Positions 11,304-24,138 of a stretch of 64,000 nucleotides of DNA are shown in pieces. Each line of letters opens with the position of its first letter. Within the stretch, counting starts at the first letter, position 1. This DNA comes from Scenedesmus sp. PABB004 (taxonomy: Eukaryota), in the NCBI GenBank assembly GCA_014905635.1, contig JABVCE010000002.1, positions 2,604,001-2,668,000 on the forward strand, given 5' to 3'. A program made the position numbers and the translations under genes. The notes under the pieces were generated by a model. It had not been told where the DNA came from and did no database searches. It worked only from the letters and a program-made list of their open reading frames with translations.

Positions 11304-14300
11304 TCACTCGCCCGCGGCCCGGCAAACCTGACACGCCTCCCGCGCCGCCTGGATCACGCGGCCCGCGCGCGCCCCCGCGCGGCACGCCTGCAGGACACGC
11401 TCGAGCGGCGGCTGGTTGCCCAGCGCGTCGCGCACGTAACGCTGCAGGCCGTGGCGCTGGCCAGCGTCCACCGCCACGCACTCGGCCAGCTCGGCCAGCG
11501 CGCTGCTGAGCTCCAGGGCCTGCCACTGCAGGCCGGGGGTGACCTGGCTGCGGCTGAACGCCGCCGCCGCGCCCCGCAGCACTGCCGGCCACGCGCAGAC
11601 CGCTGCCGCCACGCAGGCCAGCAGAGCCGCCAGCTGCTCGCGCTGCGCCGGCGTGCGCTGCGCCGGCGCGCCGGCGGCCCGGGCCGCTTCGGCCAGCGCC
11701 CCCACCAGCCGCCCCAGCAGGTGCACAAAGTCCGCCTCGCGCGGCGCGGCGCCGGAGGGCCCCTGCACCGCCTGCGCGCGCGCCTTGAGGCCCGCGGCGG
11801 CGCAGGCCTAGGCCACGAGCGCCACCGCCAGCGCCGGCGCCGCCACGCCTGGCGCGCCCGGGGCCGCAAAGCTCGCGCCGACAAAGTCGCCAGCCCACGA
11901 CGAGAGGGTGCGCGGCAGGTCGCGGTGCGCCGCCACCGCGCGGAGCGTCAGACCGCCCCCGTGCCGCCCGTCCAGCAGCAGCCGCACCAGGTCGGGCAGC
12001 CCCAGCTCAGGCAGCTGCGCCTGCAGCTGCGGCTGCAGCTGCGGCTGCAGCTGCCCGCCAGGCGGGCCGGCCGGCGCGCGCGCGCTGGCTAGGGCGCCCG
12101 CCGCCGCTCCCACCGCCGCGAGGCTCGCGCCTGAGTGGGGCGGCGCCGCACGCACGGTGGACAGCAGCACCTGCGCCGCGCGCGCCAGCCCCGCGTGCGT
12201 CACGGGCCCCGCGGGCGCCGCGGGCGGCGGCGTGTGCTTTGCCGACTTGGCGCTGGGCTGCGCGTCGCCGTCGCCCGCGTTGCCGCGCTTGGCGCCTGCC
12301 CGCGGCGGCTGCGGCAGCATCAGCCCCGGCGCGTCAGACTCCGGCGCCGCGAGCGCCGCCTCGAGCGCGCGCTGTGCCTCCACGAGGGGCTGCGCCTCCG
12401 GCTTGGACAGGCGCTCCTTGCGCTGCTCGAGCTGCCGCTGCCGCTCCGCCGCCGCCGCCTCGCCCGCCTCGCGCAGCCGCTCCCAGGTGGCGGCCGCGAT
12501 GCGCCGCTGCACGACGGCGTCGGCGTCTGCCGCCGCCGCCGCCGCGGCTGCGGCCGCTGCTGCCTCGGGCCCGCCGCCCAGCGCAGCTGCCGCGGCGGCC
12601 GCCGCGCCGGGGTCGCCCGCCGGCGGCGGCAGGCCCCCCGGGCCCAGGTGCGCCGCGCGCCACAGGCCCAGCGCGCGTGCGTAGCACAGCATGCCCAGCT
12701 GCGGGTAGTCGTACTTGCCAGGCTCCTGCTGCGCACGCGAGCGCAGGCACTCGATGGCCCGGTTGGCCTCCACGACCGCCGTGCCCAGCAGCGTGTCGGG
12801 CCGGCAGGTCGTGTGCGCCAGCAGCGCCTCGCCGCATGCCGCCAGCGGCGCGCCAAAGCGCAGCATGACCAGGCCGAGCCACTTGGCGTCGTCGAGGCCC
12901 AGATGCGCCTGGGGCGCGCGCGCGCGGCGGCAACGTGGGGCGCGGCGGCAACGTGAGCGCCCGGGCGCGGCGCGGCACGGGCGGCGCGGCTCGGGAGCGC
13001 GGCGCCCCACCCACCCCATCGGACCTGCTTGCCGGCGCGGCCCGTCGCGACGGCGTGCAGGTAGCCCAGGCTGCAGCTGAAGCGCTCGTTAAAGTCGAGG
13101 CGCACGCCCGCCTCGAGCTTGCCGTGCAGCGTCGCGGCGGCCTCGTGCGCCGCGCGCAGCGCCTTGACCGCGTCCACCACGCGCTGCGGCGCGTCTGCCA
13201 GCTGCTCGTGCGCGGCGGCGTCGTCCCGCAGCAGCCGCTTCACCAGCCCGGTCAGCGCGTCCATCAGGGCGCGCATGGCCGGGTAGGCGTTGAGCAGCGC
13301 GGGGCCGCGCGCCAGCAGCCGCGCCACGCGCTCGTCGTTCGCGCCCGCGCCGTAGATCAGCAGCTGGCGGCGTGGCAGGCGAGCGGGCGGGCGGGGGTCG
13401 GTCAGGCCCGCCGGCGCGAACGACGGACGCGGGCGGCGGCCGCCGGGGCCGCAGCTTCCGCCGCGGCGCCGCCCCACCTGCGCGAGCCAGCGCTCGTCCA
13501 CGTGCGCGGGCGCAAACGCGACGCCGAGCCGGTCGCGCAGCGCGGCCAGCAGCTCCTCGATGGCCTCGGGCGCGGTGTTGAACGTGCGCTCGCGGTCGCC
13601 CGCGGCGAGGCCACCGCGCCGCGCCACCTTGGCCGCGGTGCCCAGGTTCATGCGGCGGTGCGTCGGCACGCTGGCAAAGCGGGCCGCGCAGAGGCGGGCA
13701 AACGCGGCCTGGTCGCCCGTGAGGTGCGCGCCCCTGAGCGCGTCCACCACGAGCTGCAGCGCCGGCGCGCGCACGCCCAGCCGCACACCACGCGCGCCGG
13801 CGAGCGGGTGCCGCACTGGCGCGGCGCGACGCGGTGGGCCGCCGCCGCCGGCGGGCGGCGCACGCGCGGGCGCGGGGCTGCCCGCCAGCGGCTGCAGCTG
13901 CTGCTGCCCCTGCCGCCGCGGCGTGAGCGGCGCCAGCGGCGCGGGGCTGCCGCTGCCGCGCGCCGCCGGCGCCGCGGGGCCGCCGCGCGCAGGGCTGGGG
14001 CTGGGGCTGCGGCCGCTGTGCATGTTGCTGCCGCGCGCCGGCGCCACCGCCACCTGGGCCGCCGCTGCGCCCGCCGCTCGCTGCTGCTGCTGCTGCCCCT
14101 GCGCTCCGAGCTGCTGCCGCCGCGACTGCGGCGACGACGGCGGCGGCGTCGCCATGTCCGGCACGGGGCTGCCGCGCGGCGCCGCCGCCGCCGCCCTGGC
14201 CGCCGCCGCCGCCGCCGCCGCCGCCCTGGCCGCCGCCGCCGCCGCTCGCTGCTGCTGCTGCTGCTGCTGCTCCCACTCGCTCAGCGCCACCAGCGCGCTT

Positions 14301-15121
14301 GCCATGCCGACAAGGCCGATGTCGCTCACCGGGTGCAGCGGCTCGCAGCATGCCGCGCCCCTGCTGGTGCCCTGGGCGGCGGCAAACGCCTCCAGGTCCC
14401 AGGCGATGATGTCGCGGCACGCGCGCGGCATGGCCATGCCGCTGCCGAGGTGCAGCACCACGCGCAGCCCGGCGGCCATGTCCACGCTGCCGTCGGCGAT
14501 CAGCAGCGCGACTGCAGCGGAGCGGAGCAGCGGCGCGCGGCGGCGCGTGACGGCGTGTGGGGGAGGGCCCGCGCGCGCGCCGCCCGCGCAGCTGCCGCGC
14601 GCCAGCGCCGCGCGCCAGCGCCGGGCCCACGCACCGCACAGCACCTCGTTCGCAAAGTAGGTGAAGAGAGTCAGCAGTGCGGCGGCGCGGCGGCGAGCCA
14701 GCTGACCCGCGCCGCAGCCACCTGCCTCTTGAGCAGCGCGTCGCCGGTCAGGCCCTCCGACCCGCGCAGCGCGTCGAGCGCGGCGGCCAGCGCGTCCCCG
14801 TCGGCGGCGAGCGCCGCGGCCACGCCCTCCACCTCCTGCTGCGTGCTGTCTATCCTCCTCGCGCGACGGCGGGTGCTCCGGGAAGTTGAGCCCAACTTGG
14901 CGCATTACGTGATCTGCGCTCTGCCAGCCGCGCCGCACAAACGCGCAGTGGGCGGCGTCCGCCACGCGCGCGGCGGCCTCCGCGCTGCCGTAGGTTCCAA
15001 GGCAGATCGTCATGCCCTGGAGCCTGAGCCTCACGCTCCAGGACACCATTCCGTGCTGGGGGTAGACGTAAACGTTGTGGTACGTGCGCGGCGCAGGGCG
15101 CTCGCCGCCGGGGGCGGCCAT
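11304..15121 (-). pseudogene. Large AP2/ERF-like domain gene with apparent frame disruptions (pseudogene, assembly error or recoded CDS)
   Basis: N-terminal YHNVY..SWSVRL..CLGTYGSAEAAARVADAA..LNFP fits an AP2 domain. Coding-like frame switches near 14853 and 14702-14721. An in-frame TAG at 11808-11810 is followed by about 167 more codons to TGA at 11304. Confidence 0.5.
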
Positions 15122-15934
15122 GGAGCCGTGGGGCGGGCGCGCGGGCGCGCGGGCGCGCGGCGATGGCGGGAGCGCGCGGGGAATGCGGTGGGGGCGCGCC
15201 ATGCCGCGCGGGAGAGCTGGCGGGCGGCGGGCGGAGGCTGAGGTGCGTCGGTGATTTGAGGCTTACCCGCGCCTCCCACGCCATGCTTGCGCGCCTGGAT
15301 AGCTGCGCAGCGCCACGCCGCGACACTGCCGCGTAAAGCGCAGCCGCGCAAGCGCCGTGCGCGCCTGAAGGCATCCCGCTCGCCGGTCAACGTGACGGAG
15401 TTGACTGCCGGCTCGCGAGCGGCTGGGCGATCGCCCAGCCTTCCGCAGGCCCCCCTTCCAGCCGTCCCGTGCTGGGGCTGACGGGGCAGAGCTGCAGCAG
15501 CGGGGCGCTTGCGCGTCAGACAGTCTAGCTGACGGGGCGTTCTGGCTGCACGCTGAGCGGCGGCGGGCGCAGGGCGACAGACGGACAGCCAGGTTGCAGT
15601 TTCGTCGCACTCTGTGCACGCTCGCTCCCCACTCGGCAATCTCTGCCCCACCCCCCGCGCGCGAGCTGCAGCCCGGGCTGGCAGCACGGCACGCACTCTT
15701 GGTGTGTCGGTGTTGAGTGGCGTTCCCCGCCCTGTGGGGTTGTGCATCAGCAAGAAAACCGAACGGAACTGGGCGCGTACAGGTACAAAAAGATCACACG
15801 GGCCGCAGGCGCGACCAGGCCGCTCGTGAACGCTCCCCATTAGTAGTGTGCAGGGGTGGACCCCTCTGCTACACACACCGCCGCCATTCCCCTCGGCGGC
15901 GGCGCAAAAAAACGGGCAAGATCGACAGCCGCGC

Positions 15935-18900
15935 TCAGTGCCTGTAGCTCGCGCCGCCAGACTGGCGGTGCGCCAGGAACTCCGCCGCCATCTCGCGCAG
16001 CGCGGCGGCGGCCTGGGCGCCGGTCTTGTCGACGAGCTTGCTGAACATCGACTCGCGGTTGTCCAGCAGCACCGAGGGCGGCGCCATCTCCTTGAGCACG
16101 CCCGCCTCCATCACGAGCACCTGGTCGGACTCGATGACGGTGTCGAGGCGGTGCGCGATGGTGAGCGTGGTGCGCTCGGAGAAGACGCGCTTGATGACCG
16201 CCTGCACCTCCTGCTCGGTGTGGGGGTCCATCGCCGCGGTCGCCTCGTCGAGGCAGAGCACGGGCACGTTGCGCAGCGCCGCGCGCGCGAGGCACATGAG
16301 CTGCTGCTGCCCGAGCGACCAGGCCTGGCCGCCGGTGCCGTCGACCTTGCCGTCGAGGCCGCCGATGCTGCGGACCAGGGGCTCCAGGCTGGCCTTCTTC
16401 AGCACCTCCCACATCGCGGTGTCGGTGAACTCGCCAAAGGGATCCAGGTTGGTGCGCACGGTGCCGCTGAAGACGACGGGCTCCTGTGGGATGATGGACA
16501 GGCTGGGGCGCAGCTTGCGCAGGGCGAGGGACGCGACGTCGACGCCGTCGACGCGGATGGAGCCCTTGTCCAGCTCAAACATGCGGTACAGCGCCAGCAG
16601 CAGGGTGGACTTGCCCGAGCCGGTGCGGCCGACGACGCCCGCCTTCTCGGCGTGGTTCAGGCGGAACGTCACGCCTGCGCGTGGGTGGGAGGCGGGGCGG
16701 GCGCGTCAGCGGCGGGCGCGGGTGGGCTGCGCGCGAGCCAGGGCGCGCCGCCGGCGCGCGCGCGGCGGGCTGCAGGCGGCGGCGCGCACCCTTGAGCGCG
16801 TAGGGCGCGGACGGCAGGTACTTCATCCAGACGTTGTCAAACTCGATGGTGCCGCGGCGAGGCCAGCCGGCCGGCGCGCCGCCGTCGCCCGCAGCGTCGA
16901 TTGCGACGACCAGCTTGCCGGCGTCCTTGCCGCCCTTGCCACCGGCGGCGCCGTCGGGGTCGCTGTAGAGCGCGTCGCCCTCCTGCGGGGTCTTGGTGGC
17001 CATCCACCCGATCTTCTCGGACGAGGCGAACAGGCTGATGGTGTCGGCCAGGTTGCGCACGGTCCAGGTGTAGAACACAAGCATCTGCGGCGCGGCGGCG
17101 GGTGCAGCGGCGCGTCAGGCGCTGGGCAGGGTGCGGCGGGGCTGGGCGCGCGGCCAGGCGCTGGCTGCCAGCAGCTGAGCTGAGCAGGGCGCGCGCGGCC
17201 GGGCGGCGCACCTGGATGGTGTTGGAGAAGGCCAGGCCGACGGCGGCGGCACCGAGCTCCACGCGCATGACCACGGCAAAGATGCAGACCGCGAGCACCA
17301 GGATGGCGCCGTAGAGGTCGCAGTAGAAGGCGAGCCAGAGGTTGAGCGACTCGCCGTTGAACAGCGCGCGGTGGTGCTCGTCGATCTTGTTGGCCGCGGT
17401 CGCGACAAAGTACTTGTTCTGGCCAAACGCGGTGATGATGGGCAGGCCCTCCAGCGTCTCGGCGACCAGGCCGACCAGGTCACCTGCGGCGCGGCGGCGG
17501 CGGCGGCGGCAGCGGGCGCGTGAGCAGCAGCCCGGCGGGGCGGCAGGGGCAGCGCGCGGCGGCCAGCAGCGTGCAGCTGCAGCGGGGTGCTGCGCGGGCC
17601 CGCGCACGCACCGGCGGTCTCGACCTTCTGCTTCTTGAGCTGCGTCGCGGCGGGGAGGTAGAAGTAGAGCATGATCAGGGTGACCAGCAGCAGCACGCCG
17701 GCAAACACGCTGAACAGCGGGATGGTCACGCTGACGGTGATGACGGTGGAGAGCATGATGAGGCCGTAGATGCCCAGGTAGTGCAGTGTGTCGACCAGGT
17801 TCTCGTCCAGGATGTCCTGGTCCTTGGTGAACGCGACGAGCATCTCGCCGACCGGGTTCTGCAGGAAGTAGCCCAGCGGCGCAAACAGCGTCCTGCGCGC
17901 GCGACACGTGCGGCGGCGGTGAGCGGTGGGCGCCTGGCCGTCGTCGGCGGCGCAGCGCGCGGGCCAGGCGCGCAGCGCGCGGCAGCGCGCATGGCGCTCA
18001 CTTGTGGACCATCTTGGAGTGCATGCGCTGGCTGCTGCCGAGGGTGAACCAGTGGAAGGTGGAGCCGCGGAAGAGCATGAGGATGATGAACGCGGCGGTG
18101 AGGCAGCCGTAGATCATGACGTACGCGGCGCCCGCGCCGTTGGTCGGGTGGAACGCAGGGAAGGGCAGGCCGTTCTTGTACCAGCCGCGGTTGTCGGCGG
18201 TCCACTGGCGCACCCTGCAGCGTGGGCGCGCGCAGGGCGGCGGGGCGGCGGGGCGGTCAGCCGCCGTGCCGCTGTGCGCACGAGTCCGGGCAGGGCGGCG
18301 CACGCGGCGGCACGCAAGCAGGCCCCCGAGCGCAGCGCCCCGCTGCGCACCAGTAGTCCGAGATCTGGCGCGAGGTCTGGGCCGAGAGGAAGAAGCACAG
18401 GCAGAAGAGGCCGAGGAAGACACCACCGTGCTTGCCGTAGTTGCGGACGGCCGCGGACATGGTGAGGTTGGTGGTGGGGCCGTCCTTCTTCTTGCCCAGG
18501 TTGTCCTTGATGTTGGTGGCCGAGAGGGAGAGGCCCGAGCTGGAGGCGGCGCTGGGCTTCTTCTTCTTGGGCTCCTTGCGCTCCTCCGCGCCGCCGGCGG
18601 CGGCGAGCAGGTGGCTGGTGGGCAGCACCTTGCTGAGCAGCTGCTGGGCCTGCGCGTTCCAGGGGCCAAAGTAGATCATGTCGCCCTCGTCCATGATGGC
18701 CACCTTGTCGCACTCGGGCAGGAACTCGACCTGATGGGTGATGAGCACGACCGCCTTCTCGCACATGCTGTCCTTGAGCAGGTTCTTGAAGATGTGGTGC
18801 GCGGTGTGGTGGTCGACAGCGGAGAGGGCGTTGTCGAGCAGCACCAGGTCGCCGTTGAAGTAGGCCGCGCGCGCGAGGTTGAGGCGCTGGCGCTGGCCGC

Positions 18901-21100
18901 CAGACAGGTTGATGCCGCGCAGGCCGGCCTTGGACTGGTCGCCCTTGGGCAGGATCTGCAGGTCCAGCTCGAGCGCGCAGTCGTGGATGACCTGCGCGCA
19001 GGCGGGGCAGGGCCGCGGAGGCGCGTCAGCCGCCGAGCCAGGCTGTAGCGCCAGAAAGGGCGCGCGCACGCGGCCCGGCTGCAGCGCTGGCCCGCTGCGC
19101 GCGCTGCAGCGCCAGCCAGGCCACTCACCCGCTCGTACTTCTGCTCCTCAAAGGGAAGGCCGAAAAGGATGTTATCGCGCAGGGTGAGGTTCTGGCACCA
19201 GGGGTTCTGGGGCACGAACGACACGCGGCCGCCGGTCTCGACGTGGCCCTGCACCGGGTCCATGTTGCCGAGGATGGCCTGGAAGAGGGAGGACTTGCCC
19301 GCGCCGACGCGGCCGACCACGGCCACCAGCTCGCCGGGGGCGACGGTGAACTCGGGCACGTTGAGCGTGAAGTTGTCCTTGCCGTGGTGCTTGAACTGGG
19401 CGTTGCGCTGCGGGGCGGCGGCAGCGGGGCGGTCAGCAGTCAGCGGTGCGCCCGCGGCGGTCGGGTGCGCAGGCGTGCGCAGCGCCGGCAGGCTCAGCAG
19501 CGCGCGCGCCAGGCCGCCCCAGCAGCACTCACGATGGTGGCGCCCGCACGGGTGGACTTGCGCGCGCCATCAGAGTCGGTGGGCACGTGCTCGAGCAGGA
19601 AGGCCTCGACGCGCGCGATGGAGGCGAGGCACTCGGACAGCGCGCGCATGGCCTTGGGCAGCACGACGAGCGGGAAGCGCAGGATGTTGAACAGCGAGAG
19701 CGTCGTGAACGCGAGCGTGGCGGCGAGGCGGCCGACCATCATCTCATAGGCGGCGAAGATGACGCACGCGGTCATGGGCGGCGTGCCGAACACCATGGCG
19801 ATGTTGATCGTCTTGATGACGGCGTTCTTGAACTGAATCTTCAGCTCGCGCTTGCGGATGGCAGCGATCTCCTTCTCGAAGAACTGCTCCCACGCGTAGT
19901 ACTTGACCAGCTTCATGGCGGGGAGGATCTCCTGGATGATGCCGCCGCGCTCCTGGGTGTTCTTGGCGTTGGCGATCTTGTTCTTGATGATCATCCAGCC
20001 GAAGAGGTACTGCATGGGCATGACGATGGCGATGACGCCCCAGCCGGGGAGGGCGTAGACCTTGACCAGCACGGCGAGGATGGTGAGGATGGCGCCGGCC
20101 TCGATCGGCGCCGTCCAGAGGTAGTGGATCTCCTGGCAGCCGTCGAAGATCTTGGAGATGTCGGACGCCATGAACGACACGGCGTCGGACGCCATGTTCT
20201 TGTCGATGGTCGCCATGTTGAAGCACTTCTTGCAGACGGCGTTGCAGAGCGCGGCGCGCACGCGGATGCCGACCGTCATGCAGCCGTAGCCCATGCGCTG
20301 CAGCGCAACGCCTGCGCGTGGGCGGTGGGAGGGGCGGGCGAGGGGTCGGCACTCGGCGCACGCGCGGGCGGCCGCGGCCGGCAGGCGGGCGGGCTGGCCG
20401 CGCGCGCGCGCGCGGCCGCCGCCGGCGCGGCGCGCAGGGGTCGGCGGCTCACCGAGCAGCCAGGCGTCGATGAAGAAGCAGACGGTGAGGATCCAGCCCC
20501 GCGTGTTGCCGGTGAAGGGGTCCTGGTTGTTCACAAACATGAGCAGCGACCGCACAAAGAAGAAGGCGCCCGTGATGACGCTGCGGCGCGGCGGGGGCGG
20601 GGCGGCGGGGGCGGGGCGGGCAGGGGCGGCGCGTCAGCGGCAGTGGGGGCGGCGGCGGGGGGCGGGGCGCGGGGCGGGCGCGCCGGGCGGGGCGTGCGGC
20701 ACTAGGGGCCGGCGGCGTCACCCGCCGCCGCGCGCGCTGGGGTGGGCTGGCGCACCGCCGGCGCCCAGCGCGGGCTGCGCGGGCGGTCCCAGGCATGTGT
20801 CGGGCGGGAGACTCACCAGAGCGACCAGAGGAGCTTGAAGAGGCCCGCGAGCATGAGGTCCTTGCCGAAGGTGCGCCAGAGGACCTTGCGCAGGTTGGGC
20901 GAGCCCGCCTTGACCGCGGCGCTCCAGTTGGCGTTGAACTCATCGTACGCGACGTCGGCGGTCTGCTGCGTGGGCAGGGGGAGCTCGTGCACGTCCACGT
21001 CGCCCTTGCGCGCCTTCTTGACGACGCCGTTCATCCAGCCGAAGCTCAGCTTGTTGAAGAAGCCGCTCGTAGCGGCATCGGGGCAGCCGGCGCCCCCCAT
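15935..21100 (-). CDS. HLA3: ABCC/MRP-type ABC transporter, HLA3 (MRP1)-like putative plasma-membrane bicarbonate transporter
   Basis: NBD1 GRVGAGKS/LSGGQ/LVLLDN and NBD2 GRTGSGKS/WSLGQ/LCLDE, two TMDs, no TMD0. Segments GFFNKLSFGW, VITGAFFFVRSLL, DAWLLGVALQRMGY, HYLWTAP and KLVKYYAWEQFFE match Chlamydomonas HLA3 as I recall it. Confidence 0.88.
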
Positions 21101-22079
21101 GGCTGCGAGTTGGGGGTGGGGCGAGGGGCGCGCGCGCCGGGCGGCGCGAGGATTGGCGAGGGGAGCGTGCGGGGGAGGGCGCGCGCTCGTTGTGCGCGCG
21201 GGTGGGGGGAGACGCAGCAGTCTGACGGCACAGCGGAGGGCGAGGCGCTATAAACTCGCCGAGCGCCGGGCACCAACACCATTCACCAACTCCGTCTCCC
21301 ACACCCACACCCACAAGCCCCGCCCGGCGGCACGAAAATGCCCAAAGACACGCCTGAGAGCTGCCGTGACTGCTGCGCGACCGGCCGGGCAGGGTGCCGC
21401 TGGCGTGGCGGGGGCGAGACAGATGGAGATGGCGCGGCGTTCGCGCGCTGCGGCGAACGCCCGTTGGTCGGCCCGGGCGCGCCTCCCTTCAGACGTGAGA
21501 CTGCGGCTGACACCATTACCGCGCTACGGCAGCCCGCGCCGTGTCAGCAGCGGCGCCGCCCGCCGGTGACGCCCACCGGTGCCTGCTGCTGCAGCGGGCA
21601 TGCGGCGCTGCGCGGCGGCGGCGCCACGCTGCAGCAGCTAGAATGCCTCTGCGTCCGGTCACTTGGCCCGACTCCGCGAGCCTCAAACATTCAAGTCCAA
21701 CTGAGTCGGTTGCGCAGCCAATCAAGTGCAGCGCGCGGCACAGCCCATACAGTGCTGCAGTCTGGACGCGATACCGGCGCGGCTCGTGGCGCGGGGGCAA
21801 GTGCCGCCAAGGGCCAGGCCAGAGCAAGCCTTCATCCCGACATGAACCCGCGCCTCGCAGCGCGGGCGGCCCGCGCAGCACCGCACACCTCGCGGTGCAC
21901 GCGCCAGCGCGCGCGTGGGCTCTGGGTCGCGACCGATCCTAAAGCAAACAACCAAGGCAGCAGGTGGCAGCGCGGCGCCGCGCCGCCGCCAAGCATTCAG
22001 TGCGCTCGTCTGCCTCTCCCCTCTCCCCATCTCTCCCTTGGTACCCAGAAAAAACGGATCGGAGTCGGCGCGCGCAGGT

Positions 22080-24138
22080 TCAGGGCGCGCTGCAGACGAT
22101 TTGGATCGCAAAGCCCACGTGCAGGATGCCGGCGGCGGTCGCGATGAATCCGGGCACCGCGCTGAGCACGAAGAGCAGGGTTGCGCCGACCACGTATCGG
22201 CCGAGGTTCAGCGCCACCATGAGCGACGGCGCGCGCGTCGCCGCAATCAGGGCGTCCATGCACGCGATGCCAAGCGGGCCGGCGAGCAGGTTGATGCCGC
22301 CATGCAGCGCGGCGACGTAGAGCGGCAGACGCCCCTGCACCGCGTACAGCAGCGCCGAGGTGAGGCAGCTCATAAACAGAACGACGCGGCTCGTAACCGC
22401 TTGAACCTGCGGGGCCAGGGCGGCGCGCGGCGGCGTGGGCGGCGGCGGCGGGCCGCGGGCCGCAGGCCATGCCGCGCGCGCGCGGGCGCTCGGCAGCCCC
22501 CCGGCTGCGCCGCCCGCACCTGCGGATGGAGTCCCCAGCCGAGGAGGAGCGGTGTCACCAGAAAGCCGCCGCCGAGGCCGAGCGCGGCCGCGCACGCGCC
22601 AACGACGACCATCACGGGAGGCATGTAGGCCAGCTTGGCGCCGCCCCACACAATGGCCTCCCAGTTGGGGCCGTACTCGGCAACCGGCGGCGCGGTCGAC
22701 GCCTTGCCGGCGCCCGCGTCGCCGCGCGGTGTGCGGGGCGCCTGCACCTCGACGCCCTCCAGCGGCGCGGTCGCTGCGGCCGCCGCGGCCCAGAGCCCGC
22801 GGTAGCGCCGCACGATCACGACGCCGGCGGCCGTGAGCGGCGCGAGCGCCGCGGCCAGGCCGGCAAAGAGGCCCCAATAGACCGGCGAGCACACGGCGGT
22901 GACCTCGTGCTGGAGCACGCCCAACGTCACGTGCACGGCCAGGACGGCGAGCACCAGCCCCTGCAGCGCCACGGGCTGCAGCGCCCACCACACGCGCCAG
23001 CCCGCCGCCTCGCGCGCCGCCCAGCGCGCGAGCCAGTTGACGCCGGCGACGCTGGACCGCTCCGCGTCGGGCGTGTCAAGACGGGCGCCCGCCTCCAGGT
23101 CGGGGCCGGCGGCCTTGCGCGGCTGCGCCGCCGCCGGCGGTGCCTCGGCGGCGGCCGGCGGCTGTTGTTGCTCGCGCGCCGCGCTGCGCCGCGCTCGCGC
23201 GCGGCGTCGGCGCCGCTGCTTGTCCTTGGCCACTTCGGCGCAGCGGATGCGAATGTAGCTACGCGCGACCTTGATGAACGACCAGGCAAACACGGCGAGC
23301 GTGGCGGACTGGAGGAACCACACCGGGGCGACGGCATTGAGAAACACCCCGCCCGTCACGCCCAGCAGCAGCGGCGGCGCCATGACGACCACGGAGCACC
23401 AGTCGACTCGCGGGCGCGCGGGGTTGACCGGGTGCGGCTCGGCCAGGGCGTAGGCCGTCGACGTGACTGCGCAGCGTGGACCGGCGCGGCCGGGCGTGGG
23501 TGCGCGGCGGCACGCGGCGTGCGGCCGGCTGGCGCGCGCCGTGCGCGCCCGCGGCGCGCGGCGGCTGCGGCGCCGGCGGCTCACTCGCGCCGACGAACAC
23601 GACGCAGCACGTGAGCGCGGCGGTCTGGCGGACGTCAAAGCCGAGCAGCAGGTGGAAGAGGGGCAGGTAGAGCGTGGCGCCGCTGCCGCCGCCCGGGGCG
23701 GTCAGCATCGAGACCAGCACTGACAGCGCGACGCCGAGCTTGTCGCGCCAGCTCCAGCGCCAAAACGTTGGCGTGACGGTGTGCCACACGCGGCTGCCGT
23801 GGTCGTGCTGGAACATGGTGGCTGAGGGCACCACCGGCTGGTAGTTGGGCGCCAGCTTGGGGCCATCCGGGGCGGTGCCGCTGCGTCGGCACCGGCGCAC
23901 GGGCAGCGGCGGCGGCGGCCGTGAGCTCGCCGCCGCATGGCCGCCGCGGTCACCGCGAGTTGCAGTCGCGAGGGCACCAGAGGCGCGCCCCCGGGCCGGC
24001 TGGATGGCCGACGCGGGCGCAGCAGCCCTGGGCAGCTGTGTGACTGGGCACCCACCTCGCGTCCGTCGCATTTAGGGCGCCTGCCGATGCCGCTGCGCCC
24101 AGGGCCAGGGCCATGATCAGAGCGAGCTTGGGTGCCAT
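22080..24138 (-). CDS. Sulfite exporter TauE/SafE family membrane protein
   Basis: Signal peptide MAPKLALIMALALG, then PGGGSGATLYLPLF, HP...RPRVDW, PPLLLGVTGGVFLN and LGLGGGFLVTPLLLGWGLHPQ|VQAVTS, typical of the plant TauE two-repeat architecture. Confidence 0.88.

Noticed and set aside
11808..11810. Nuclear TAG reassignment (alternative genetic code)
   Set aside because: TAG terminates the dehydratase (3703) and UBC12 (33196) at expected C-termini, and I found no internal TAG in the conserved genes.
18830..18910. Degenerate Walker B (LDN) in ABC NBD1 as a sign of inactivation
   Set aside because: An asymmetric degenerate first site is normal for ABCC transporters, and NBD2 retains DE.
21248..21255. 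TATAAA as the HLA3 TATA box
   Set aside because: It is on the + strand while the gene is on -, and the TSS is unknown.
21100..22080. Lower-GC intergenic stretch as a mobile element or ncRNA
   Set aside because: No terminal repeats, transposase fragments or recognisable RNA fold were seen. It is best explained as the TauE 3'UTR plus the HLA3 promoter and 5'UTR.
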